A stretch of 64,000 nt of DNA from an uncultured Planctomycetia bacterium (GTDB lineage: Bacteria; Omnitrophota; Gorgyraeia; Taenaricolales; CAZCCH01), in the NCBI GenBank assembly GCA_964497315.1, contig CAZCCH010000005.1, forward strand, positions 1,885 to 65,884. Direction: 5' to 3'. Below the pieces are notes generated by a model. That model saw only the letters and a program-made list of their open reading frames with translations, had not been told where the DNA came from and made no database searches. The position numbers and the translations under genes were made by a program. Shown here in pieces: positions 8,125 to 16,807 of the stretch; the stretch's first letter is position 1, and the number at the start of each line of letters is the position of its first letter.

Positions 8125-9156
8125 GTGCAATCCCAAAAGATTTTAATTATAAGAACAGATCGCATAGGCGATGTGGTGCTTTCAACGCCTATTATTAAAG
8201 CAGCCAGGAAAAAATTTCCCAATGCATATTTGGCTATGATGGTAAGGCCTTATGCAAAAGATATCATTTTAGGAAATCCCTACCTAGATAAGATAATCCT
8301 CTATGATAAATACAAAACCCACAAATCAATTTTTGCTACTTTAAAATTTGCATTGAACTTAAAACGTGAACACTTCACTACAGCATTAATACTTCATCCT
8401 ACAAACAGGGTAAATTGGATAACATTTTTAGCTAGGATACCCGAAAGAATAGGATGGAATAAAAAATGCGGATTTTTACTAACTAAAAAACTACCCTACA
8501 TAAAACATAAAGGCGAAAAGCACGAATCGGAATACACCATGGATTTAGCAAAGGTAATTGGCATAGATGGTGATAGAAAAGATTTATTTATGCCTATAAG
8601 AGAAGATGCTAGAAAATCAGTGACCGACTTTTTAACATCTTGCGATGTTTCCAATGAGGACATATTAATAGGCATACATCCTGGAGCGAGCTGCCCATCA
8701 AAACGCTGGCCCATAGAACGCTTTGGACAAATTGCTGATAGGATTATGAAAGAATTTAAATGCAAGGTAATCATCCTTTATGGGCCAGGAGAAAATAACC
8801 TAGCAGAAGCAATTAAAGGAGCCATGAAAACTTCCCCCATAATAGCTAAAAATAACTTTAGCGTAGCAGAACTTGCAGTAGCTTTAAAAAGGTGCACTTT
8901 ATTAGTTACAAATGATAATGGACCTATGCATATAGCTACTAGTGTAGGTACACCTGTTGTAGCTATATTTGGGAGGCTTCAGGCAGGTCTTAGTCCCACA
9001 AGATGGGGGTCCTTGGGCGAAAAAGACGTATATCTGCATAAAGATGTAGGTTGTAAGGAGTGCCTTGCTCACAATTGCAGGCTTAATTTTAGATGCCTTG
9101 AGGCTATTTCTGTGGATGAGGTACATGAAAAGGCCTCTAATTTGCTTAAAAACTAG
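8125..9156 (+). CDS. waaF: glycosyltransferase family 9 (LPS heptosyltransferase, WaaF-like)
   Basis: IRTDRIGDVVLSTP, HPGAS..SKRWP, NDNGPMHIA. Confidence 0.8.
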   Translation: MQSQKILIIRTDRIGDVVLSTPIIKAARKKFPNAYLAMMVRPYAKDIILGNPYLDKIILYDKYKTHKSIFATLKFALNLKREHFTTALILHPTNRVNWITFLARIPERIGWNKKCGFLLTKKLPYIKHKGEKHESEYTMDLAKVIGIDGDRKDLFMPIREDARKSVTDFLTSCDVSNEDILIGIHPGASCPSKRWPIERFGQIADRIMKEFKCKVIILYGPGENNLAEAIKGAMKTSPIIAKNNFSVAELAVALKRCTLLVTNDNGPMHIATSVGTPVVAIFGRLQAGLSPTRWGSLGEKDVYLHKDVGCKECLAHNCRLNFRCLEAISVDEVHEKASNLLKN

Positions 9157-9219
9157 GTTTTTTGGCTCTTGACAGCTTAGTTAGCTCATGGTAAAATAAG
9201 CCCTTAATATGGTGGTAAT

Positions 9220-10164
9220 ATGAGTAAAATAGACCTAGATAAAATAAAGACATATTCTATATATAAAAGGCAAAGCAAGATAAATATGAAAAATTTTGCC
9301 AAACCAACGCCCCGTAAGGCTAGTTTTGTCCTCTTTTTAGAGAGCCTACCAGATGTATTAGCTGTGCGTGACTTTAAGACATTAGTTAAGGCAATTGCAA
9401 AAGCGCGCGCAGGCAAAAGACCAAAACCTGTTATATTTATGCTAGGTGCCCATGTTATCAAATGCGGGCTTAGTCCTTTAATTATAGATTTGATGAAAAA
9501 GGGCATCATAAGTGGCATTGCACTTAATGGTGCTGGTGTTATCCACGATGTAGAGCTGGCATTAACAGGCCGCACATCAGAGGATGTAGCAAAGGCAATA
9601 AAGAATGGTTCTTTTGGTATGGCCAAAGAAACCGCGCAGTTTGTAAATAGCGCTATAAATAAAGCATCCGAAAAAAATATTGGCCTAGGTGAGTCTGTAG
9701 CAGGGGCCATTGCAAATAAGAAAACAGGTTATAAAAAATATTCAATACTTTATACAGCAAAAAGATTAAAAATTCCTGTAACCGTACATGTAGCTATTGG
9801 GACAGATATCATACACCAACATCCTTCTTGTGACGGTGCGGCATTAGGGGAGAGCTCTTTAAAAGACTTCCACACACTCATTGAGCAAGTTTCAAAATTA
9901 CAGGGTGGCGTATTAGTCAATGTGGGTTCTAGTGTAATTTTACCTGAGGTGTTTTTAAAGGCCTTAACTGTTGCTCGAAACCTAAAATTTAAAGTGAAAA
10001 ACTTCACTACAGCTAATTTGGATATGATACCTCATTACAGGCCCTATCAAAACGTAGTCGTAAGGCCTAATCTGGGCGGCGGTAGAGGGTATATGATTAC
10101 AGGGCATCATGAGATAATGATACCTCTCTTACACAGGGCATTAGTAGAAAAATGCAAAATTTAA
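9220..10164 (+). CDS. deoxyhypusine-synthase-fold-like conserved protein
   Basis: GAHVIKCGL, NGAG.IHD.E, GTDI.H.H, GS.VILPEVFLKA, GHHEIMIP motifs. Confidence 0.65.
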   Translation: MSKIDLDKIKTYSIYKRQSKINMKNFAKPTPRKASFVLFLESLPDVLAVRDFKTLVKAIAKARAGKRPKPVIFMLGAHVIKCGLSPLIIDLMKKGIISGIALNGAGVIHDVELALTGRTSEDVAKAIKNGSFGMAKETAQFVNSAINKASEKNIGLGESVAGAIANKKTGYKKYSILYTAKRLKIPVTVHVAIGTDIIHQHPSCDGAALGESSLKDFHTLIEQVSKLQGGVLVNVGSSVILPEVFLKALTVARNLKFKVKNFTTANLDMIPHYRPYQNVVVRPNLGGGRGYMITGHHEIMIPLLHRALVEKCKI

Positions 10165-11141
10165 ATAAACTAAAAAAAATAATATCTAAATTTTCAGATA
10201 CAAAGATTCTGGTTGTAGGGGATCTTATACTGGATGAATTTATCTGGGGTAAGGTAGATAGGATCTCCCCCGAAGCCCCTGTACCTGTTGTGCGGGCGGA
10301 TAAGGAAACCTATCTTCCTGGTGGAGCAAGCAATGTGGCTAGTAATATAGCAGCCTTGGGTGCAGAGGTTTCAGTGGCAGGTGTCATAGGTAATGACAGA
10401 AGAGGGGAGGAGCTTGCAAGCTTAATGCTTGATGGAGGAATTAACACAGAAGGTCTTATAGTAGATGAAGATAGGCCCACCACACAAAAATCGCGCATAG
10501 TAGCCCATCACCAGCAGGTAGTCAGGATAGATAGAGAGAAAAGCGAAGACCTATCAAAAGACACTTTAGATCAACTAATAGAGTATGTCAAAGGCAAAAT
10601 ACCAGAAGTAGATGCAGTCGTAATAGAGGATTATGGAAAAGGTGTTATTACAGCATCCCTTCTAAAAGCAATAGTTAAATTTGCAAAGCAAAACAAAAAA
10701 ATAATTACAGTTGACCCAAAAGAGAACCACTTTAGTTACTACAAAGGCGTTACAGCCATAACGCCAAATCATAAAGAAGCCCAAGATGCTGTAGGTATAA
10801 AGATAACAGACCGAGGAAGCCTTAAAAAAACAGGCCTTAAGTTATTAAAAGACCTTAACTGTAGGGCAGTTTTAATAACCCTTGGTGAAGAGGGTATGTG
10901 CTTGTTTGAGAAAAGTGGTAAAATTACACATATCCCTACAGCAGCACAGGAGGTCTTTGATGTCTCTGGTGCAGGGGATACAGTTATAGCGTGTTTCACA
11001 CTTGCCCTAGCAAGTAGAGCAAGCATGGTTGATGCTGCTAGGATTTCAAATGTAGCAGCAGGGATAGTTGTTGAGAAAGTAGGCGTGGCAGCCACAACAG
11101 GCGAAGAATTAAAAAAGAGGTTACGCACATGGAAGCAATAG
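10152..11141 (+). CDS. rfaE1: D-glycero-beta-D-manno-heptose-7-phosphate kinase (RfaE domain I / HldA)
   Basis: GDLILDEF.WG.V.RISPEAPVPV, DYGKG, DVSGAGDTV (PfkB family). Confidence 0.92.
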   Translation: MQNLNKLKKIISKFSDTKILVVGDLILDEFIWGKVDRISPEAPVPVVRADKETYLPGGASNVASNIAALGAEVSVAGVIGNDRRGEELASLMLDGGINTEGLIVDEDRPTTQKSRIVAHHQQVVRIDREKSEDLSKDTLDQLIEYVKGKIPEVDAVVIEDYGKGVITASLLKAIVKFAKQNKKIITVDPKENHFSYYKGVTAITPNHKEAQDAVGIKITDRGSLKKTGLKLLKDLNCRAVLITLGEEGMCLFEKSGKITHIPTAAQEVFDVSGAGDTVIACFTLALASRASMVDAARISNVAAGIVVEKVGVAATTGEELKKRLRTWKQ

Positions 11142-11917
11142 GAATAATTCCAGCAAGATATGGCTCGACGAGGCTCGATGGGAAGGTATTAGCCCCAATC
11201 GCCGGTAAGCCTATGATACAGCATGTATGGGAACAGGCGAAGAAGGTAAAAATTTTAGACGATCTTATTATAGCTGCAGATGATGAAAGAATAATTGATG
11301 TAGTTAAAAAATTCGGTGGAAAGGCAATCTTTACTGCCAAGGAGCATCGTTCAGGCACAGATAGATTAACAGAGATTGCCAATCCTTTGGAAGTTAAGGT
11401 AGTTGTAAATATACAAGCAGATGAGCCGATGATAGACCCAAGCATGGTAGATGGCGTTGTCAGAACACTCCTTGATGATGAAGAGCTTGTTATGGCTACT
11501 GTTGCAAAAAAAATTACAGCTGAATCTGAACTTACAGACCCTAACGTGGTTAAGGTAATTGTAGATAAAAATGGTTTCGCGATTTATTTCTCAAGAGCAC
11601 CGATACCTTATGTAAGAGAATCAGAACCCACCTCCAGTGGACACTCGCTTATGTTTGGGGTAGGAAGCCTTTTTCATTCACCTAAGTATAAAATTTCCGA
11701 TGCAACATATAAACATATAGGCATGTATGCATATACAAAAGACTTTCTTTTTACCTTCACTAACATGCCTACATCATCTTTGGAAAAAATAGAAAAATTA
11801 GAGCAGTTGCGTGTTTTAGAAAACGGTTACAAGATAAAGATTTTAGAAACCACTCATGACAGCATTGGCGTAGATACACCAGAAGATTTAGAGAGGGTAA
11901 AAAAGATTTTAGAATAA
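11129..11917 (+). CDS. kdsB: 3-deoxy-manno-octulosonate cytidylyltransferase
   Basis: IPARYGSTRL.GK, SGTDR, YFSRAPIP, EKLEQLR.LENG, GVDTPED. Confidence 0.95.
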   Translation: MEAIGIIPARYGSTRLDGKVLAPIAGKPMIQHVWEQAKKVKILDDLIIAADDERIIDVVKKFGGKAIFTAKEHRSGTDRLTEIANPLEVKVVVNIQADEPMIDPSMVDGVVRTLLDDEELVMATVAKKITAESELTDPNVVKVIVDKNGFAIYFSRAPIPYVRESEPTSSGHSLMFGVGSLFHSPKYKISDATYKHIGMYAYTKDFLFTFTNMPTSSLEKIEKLEQLRVLENGYKIKILETTHDSIGVDTPEDLERVKKILE

Positions 11918-11926
11918 AGGCTTGAA

Positions 11927-12757
11927 ATGAAACCAAGAGTTATAAAGGTAAGCAATATAAAAATAGGCAGACCAAATCCTTTAATTTTAATAGCAGGTCC
12001 GTGCGTAATAGAATCTGAGAAACACGCTTTAATACATGCTGAAAAAATAAAGGCCATTGCTAATAGAGCAGGTGTTGAGTTTATTTATAAATCCAGTTAT
12101 GATAAGGCAAACAGAAGTTCTATGAACTCATTTAGGGGGCCTGGTTTGAAAAAAGGCCTTAAGATTTTAGAAAAGGTAAAAAAGAAAATAGGTGTTCCAG
12201 TTTTAAGCGATGTACACTGCCGTACAGAATTAAATGAAGCAAAGAAAATTTTAGATGTTATTCAAATCCCCGCATTTTTGTCTCGGCAGACTGATTTTAT
12301 CATTGAAGCAGCAAAGACTGAGAAAGTGCTAAATGTAAAAAAGGGTCAGTTTTTAGCACCCAATGATATGATTAATGTGGTTGAGAAGATATCCCGTTCC
12401 GGAAATAAAAATATACTAATTACAGAAAGAGGCACAAGTTTTGGCTATAATAATCTTGTTAGTGATATGCGCTCCCTTGCGATTATGAGGCAGTTTGGAT
12501 ATCCCATTCTTTACGATGCCACACACAGTGTTCAGCTACCAGGCGGGCAAGGACATTGTTCAGGTGGGCAGCGGGAGTTTATCAAAGGGCTTGCGAGGGC
12601 TGCTGTTGCAATGGGTTGTGATGGGCTTTTTGTGGAAGTCCATCAAACCCCAGACAAAGCACCCTGTGATGGGCCCAACATGTTAGGATTGGATGAATTA
12701 GAGGACTTATTAGGTGAAGTTGTAGAGATAGACACAATTATAAAGGAGGCAGAGTGA
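11927..12757 (+). CDS. kdsA: KDO 8-phosphate synthase
   Basis: AGPCVIES, KSSYDKANRSS, KKGQF, DATHSVQ.PG. Confidence 0.96.
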   Translation: MKPRVIKVSNIKIGRPNPLILIAGPCVIESEKHALIHAEKIKAIANRAGVEFIYKSSYDKANRSSMNSFRGPGLKKGLKILEKVKKKIGVPVLSDVHCRTELNEAKKILDVIQIPAFLSRQTDFIIEAAKTEKVLNVKKGQFLAPNDMINVVEKISRSGNKNILITERGTSFGYNNLVSDMRSLAIMRQFGYPILYDATHSVQLPGGQGHCSGGQREFIKGLARAAVAMGCDGLFVEVHQTPDKAPCDGPNMLGLDELEDLLGEVVEIDTIIKEAE

Positions 12758-13842
12758 TGCATTGTTCAATGGAGAAGGTATTAACCAAAAGACCACAATA
12801 TGTTATCGACAAATTAGGTGCTGACAGTAAGGCTTGCCTTATAAATTCAGCTGATGTCTTCAGCAGCTTGAAGGAAAGCAAGGTAATAGTAATGACTTGC
12901 AATACCAGGATAAAGCTTGCAATACCTGGTATTATGCAAGCTGCAGAAGAATTAGATGCTGTAGTAGGTTTTGAATTGGCGAAATCCGAAGGCAACGTTG
13001 ATGGAGGCTACACAGGCCAAGACCCAAAGACCTATTTTGAAACAGTAACTAGCTATGCAAAAGAAATTAATTTTACGAAACCTTTCTTTATTCATGGCGA
13101 CCACATTACAGTGAAAAACACCTCAAAGGAAGCCGTTGATGAAGCAAGAGCACTAATTGCAGCTGAACTTGATGCAGGGTATACTTCCTTTGCAATAGAT
13201 GCCTCTTTCAATGAACTACCTGATAACATAAAGATAACAGCAGAGTTGGTAAAGCCTATCATTGAAAAAGGAATTGGCCTTGAAGTAGAAGTAGGAGAGG
13301 TTAAGGCAGCAGGGAAAGAGGCAGTCTTAACTACGGTGGAAGAGGCAGTTGAGTTTATTTCAGGGCTTAACAAGCTAGGTGTACACCCAAATCTTCTTGC
13401 TATAAATAATGGTTCTAAGCATGGCAACTATTTAGCAGGAGAGAAGGTTTCAATTGATTTGGAGACAACAGGAAAAATATATGAAGCCATAAAAGGCTTC
13501 GGCGTATGTCTTGCCCAGCATGGCATAACAGGTACTCCTCTTAGCATAGTAGGTACATTCGCAGAATATGGCATCAGAAAAGGAAATGTCGGTACTATAT
13601 GGCAAAATGTAGCGCACCAGGGACTACCGGAAGATTTAATGCAGGAAATGCGTAAATGGGCAGAAGAGAATAAAAAAGATATCAAATTTGCCACCAAACC
13701 ATTTAAATCCAGAATAGACAATGTTCCAGATGAGAACAAGAAACAAATAACTGAGCTTGCTTATAAAGAAGCGAAGGATTTCATTGAGGCCTTCAGGGCC
13801 CAAGGTACGGCAAGTACTATTTGCGAAGCATTATCTAAGTAG
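12754..13842 (+). CDS. fba: class II fructose-bisphosphate aldolase
   Basis: HGDH, DAS, EVEVG, NGSKHG, QHG.TG, KGNVGT. Confidence 0.88.
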   Translation: MMHCSMEKVLTKRPQYVIDKLGADSKACLINSADVFSSLKESKVIVMTCNTRIKLAIPGIMQAAEELDAVVGFELAKSEGNVDGGYTGQDPKTYFETVTSYAKEINFTKPFFIHGDHITVKNTSKEAVDEARALIAAELDAGYTSFAIDASFNELPDNIKITAELVKPIIEKGIGLEVEVGEVKAAGKEAVLTTVEEAVEFISGLNKLGVHPNLLAINNGSKHGNYLAGEKVSIDLETTGKIYEAIKGFGVCLAQHGITGTPLSIVGTFAEYGIRKGNVGTIWQNVAHQGLPEDLMQEMRKWAEENKKDIKFATKPFKSRIDNVPDENKKQITELAYKEAKDFIEAFRAQGTASTICEALSK

Positions 13843-13850
13843 ACATAAAG

Positions 13851-13891
13851 ATAGGGACTGACTTTAAAAGCTTTTAAAAAACAGTCCCTAT
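13851..13891. terminator. bidirectional terminator between convergent fba and lptG
   Basis: ATAGGGACTG...TTTAAAAG/CTTTTAAA...CAGTCCCTAT long inverted repeat. Confidence 0.7.
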
Positions 13892-13892
13892 T

Positions 13893-14978
13893 TTATTTCA
13901 ATAACAATATTCCAGCGCAGAAAAATACAACATTGGCAAGCCATGCACTGCCTAAAGGATCAAGCCAGCCGCCTTTACCAAAGGCCAAAGATACAGCCAT
14001 AACAGTGTAGTAGATAAAACTTATTACTACACTCATACCTATTCCAAAAAGCACCCCACTCTTTCTAGCCCGCAGGCTTATGGCAGCACCAATAAATACT
14101 ATAATAAATGTTATAAAAGGAAAAGCCGTTTTATAGTGTAAATCTACACTAAGCCGCATGGCGGTTTTAGGTTCTACCTTTGCAAGGCGCTCTATATATT
14201 CTTTTAGCGTTTCATAGCTCATATGTTCTGAGCGGAATTGCCCCCTTAGGAATTCTTTTGGAGTTTCTGTGATACCTAGTGTTGTTTTACTATAAGTTAA
14301 GGGTTTAGTTTCAAGATTATTCCCGAGCCCAAAGTCATATATAACACAGTCATAAAACACCCATTTATTTTTAGTCCAAACAGCCTTTTTGGCTGTGATT
14401 TTTTTTCTTAATCTATGCAATATATCTTGCTCTAAGATTATTAAATCATATAGTACCTTTTTAACAGGATCAAAGCTTTTTGCATAAAACATACGATTTT
14501 GCGCACCATAAAGTGCTACATCTTTTATCAAAGAAGATTTTTTCGCAGATGGGCTCTCAACCCTTTCAATTTTATCTTGTTTTATAATAGTAGCAGTCAT
14601 AGTAGCCTCAGGTAAAATTCTTTCATTCACCAGCGCTATAACAACACTTGCTAAAAGCCCCATCAGCAAAAATGGCCTGATTATCCTAAATACACCTATA
14701 CCGCTTGCCTTCATAGCAGTAATTTCATTGTACTTATTTAAGATACCTATTGTATAGACTGTTGCTAAAAGCACCGCTACCGGTGCAACTTGGACAAATA
14801 TAGAAGGAAGAAGGCACAGGTAATAGTCAAAAAGCATCATCATGCCTACTTTGTTACGGAGTATTTCATCTAAATGGCCAAATATATCAATGATTACATA
14901 AAGCATAACAAATACTGTCAGGCAGTACAATAATGGCGGGATAAAAGACCTAAGCAAGTATTTATCTAAAATTCTCAT
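13893..14978 (-). CDS. lptG: LPS export ABC permease LptG
   Basis: MRILDKY, NEITAMKASG motif, 6-TM YjgP/Q architecture, W..N near C-terminus. Confidence 0.85.
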   Translation of the reverse strand: MRILDKYLLRSFIPPLLYCLTVFVMLYVIIDIFGHLDEILRNKVGMMMLFDYYLCLLPSIFVQVAPVAVLLATVYTIGILNKYNEITAMKASGIGVFRIIRPFLLMGLLASVVIALVNERILPEATMTATIIKQDKIERVESPSAKKSSLIKDVALYGAQNRMFYAKSFDPVKKVLYDLIILEQDILHRLRKKITAKKAVWTKNKWVFYDCVIYDFGLGNNLETKPLTYSKTTLGITETPKEFLRGQFRSEHMSYETLKEYIERLAKVEPKTAMRLSVDLHYKTAFPFITFIIVFIGAAISLRARKSGVLFGIGMSVVISFIYYTVMAVSLAFGKGGWLDPLGSAWLANVVFFCAGILLLK

Positions 14979-14980
14979 CT

Positions 14981-16069
14981 TTACCTTTCAAGCGTAAATA
15001 AAGCCAAACCAAATCCAAACACAATTAAAAGCGCATCAGGAGCCCACATAACTAAAGCAGGATTTGCTATACCCTTAAGCGATATTGCCTCAGCAGCAAC
15101 CATTAGTATATAGTATATAATAATTACACCTAGACTTAAACCAAAACCTACTGCATGCTCACCTCTTTTTGTAAGTAAGGCAATAGGTACACCGATAAAT
15201 ATAAATGCCAAGGCAGCAAAGGAGAGGGCAATCTTTTTATGTATTTCAGTAACAAGAGGAAATACATCAATAGATTTTTCCTTAAAATCTTTAATTTCTC
15301 TATTTAGTTCATCTATGGTCATATCCTTAGGTTTTTTATCAAGCTGTCGGTTAGCGCCTTTTAGACGTAAGAAAAGCTCATAGCTGTTAAACTTTAACCT
15401 AAAAAACCTGCCAGGATATTTAGGATCAGGTTCATCACTCATACCCTTTTCAAGCCTTATTTTTACACCACCTCTTTTTGGCATAGGGATGAATTCACCA
15501 GACTCTGCTACTATAGTCCTTGTAGGCTTATCTTGTTGGGGTTGATATATCCTTATACCGGATAGTCTATTACCCCTTACTTCATAGACAAAGATTATAT
15601 AATTTTTAAAACTTTTTATAAATGTACCTGCCTCTAGAGCTGCAGCAGGTTTTTTCATGCCGATTTCTTCAACGAGTTTTCGTGATTTATAATGGGCTTG
15701 AGGTAAAACCCTATCATTTAAAATACAAGAGCCTACGCTCAACATAAGACCAATAAGTATAAGAGAGGAGGTTATTCTAAAAAGACTAATACCGCTTGCC
15801 CTCATAGCAGTTATTTCATTATCAGAAGATAAACGGCCGAATGTAATAATAGTTCCGGTTAAAATAGACATAGGAATAGAATAACTCAAAAGATATGGCG
15901 TCATATACCCGAATAATAACACACAGGTGTTTAAAGGAATACCCTTTGTTATGACAAGCTCTGCAAGCTTAATCATATTACCCATAAGCAAGACAAAGGT
16001 AAATATGCCAAGTGACACAAGAAAAGAAGCTGCAAGCTCACTTAATATGTAATTACGTAAAATCCTCAA
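14981..16069 (-). CDS. lptF: LPS export ABC permease LptF
   Basis: GRLSSDNEITAMRASG, YjgP/Q architecture, paired with lptG. Confidence 0.85.
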   Translation of the reverse strand: MRILRNYILSELAASFLVSLGIFTFVLLMGNMIKLAELVITKGIPLNTCVLLFGYMTPYLLSYSIPMSILTGTIITFGRLSSDNEITAMRASGISLFRITSSLILIGLMLSVGSCILNDRVLPQAHYKSRKLVEEIGMKKPAAALEAGTFIKSFKNYIIFVYEVRGNRLSGIRIYQPQQDKPTRTIVAESGEFIPMPKRGGVKIRLEKGMSDEPDPKYPGRFFRLKFNSYELFLRLKGANRQLDKKPKDMTIDELNREIKDFKEKSIDVFPLVTEIHKKIALSFAALAFIFIGVPIALLTKRGEHAVGFGLSLGVIIIYYILMVAAEAISLKGIANPALVMWAPDALLIVFGFGLALFTLER

Positions 16070-16773
16070 AGTTTCCTACCTCTTGCTAAAGTTAAGACTT
16101 CAATTTTTTTTGCCCCCGCCTCAATTAAAGCCTTGCTACATTCATTTACAGTAGACCCTGTTGTAAAAACATCATCAACCAATAATAAAGATTTATCTTT
16201 GATATTGCATTTATTTAAACAAAAGCCATCTTTTATATTAAGTTGCCTTTGTTGTTTTGTTAAAGTTGACTGCGAGAGAGTTGGCTTTATCTTTTTTAAG
16301 GCATTGCAGACAGGCATATTAAATTTATCTGATAAAGCCTTTGCTAAGATATAAGATTGATTAAACCCTCGCTCTTGTAAGGTTGCCCTATTTAGGGGTA
16401 CCGCAGCAATTAGATCAAATCTTTTAATACCTACATATTTACTAGTAAAATCACACAATAAATTACTTAAGAATTTTGATAAACAAAGTTTCTTTTTATA
16501 TTTTAGAAGATGAATACATTCTTTTATTACACCTTCATATATACATGCAGACCAAACCTTGTTAAAATGAAATTTTTGACCGTATGACATAAAAGGTAAG
16601 GGTTGTGCATATATAATTTGACTAAGGCACTCCTGGCATAAAAAGTCTTTATTACTAAATTTAAGCTTAACATGACATATCTGGCATGTTGCGGGGTATA
16701 CCAAATCTATTGCAGCCAGTGTTAGGTCTTTTAAACTAATAGTTCCCATTGCATCAAGTATAGCACACACCAT
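16066..16773 (-). CDS. comF: ComF family protein (zinc ribbon plus PRTase domain)
   Basis: CQIC...CQEC, ERGFNQ, LLVDDVFTTGST. Confidence 0.9.
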   Translation of the reverse strand: MVCAILDAMGTISLKDLTLAAIDLVYPATCQICHVKLKFSNKDFLCQECLSQIIYAQPLPFMSYGQKFHFNKVWSACIYEGVIKECIHLLKYKKKLCLSKFLSNLLCDFTSKYVGIKRFDLIAAVPLNRATLQERGFNQSYILAKALSDKFNMPVCNALKKIKPTLSQSTLTKQQRQLNIKDGFCLNKCNIKDKSLLLVDDVFTTGSTVNECSKALIEAGAKKIEVLTLARGRKL

Positions 16774-16807
16774 GGGTATTTGTTAAGAGAAAATATAGTA
16801 CTTATTA

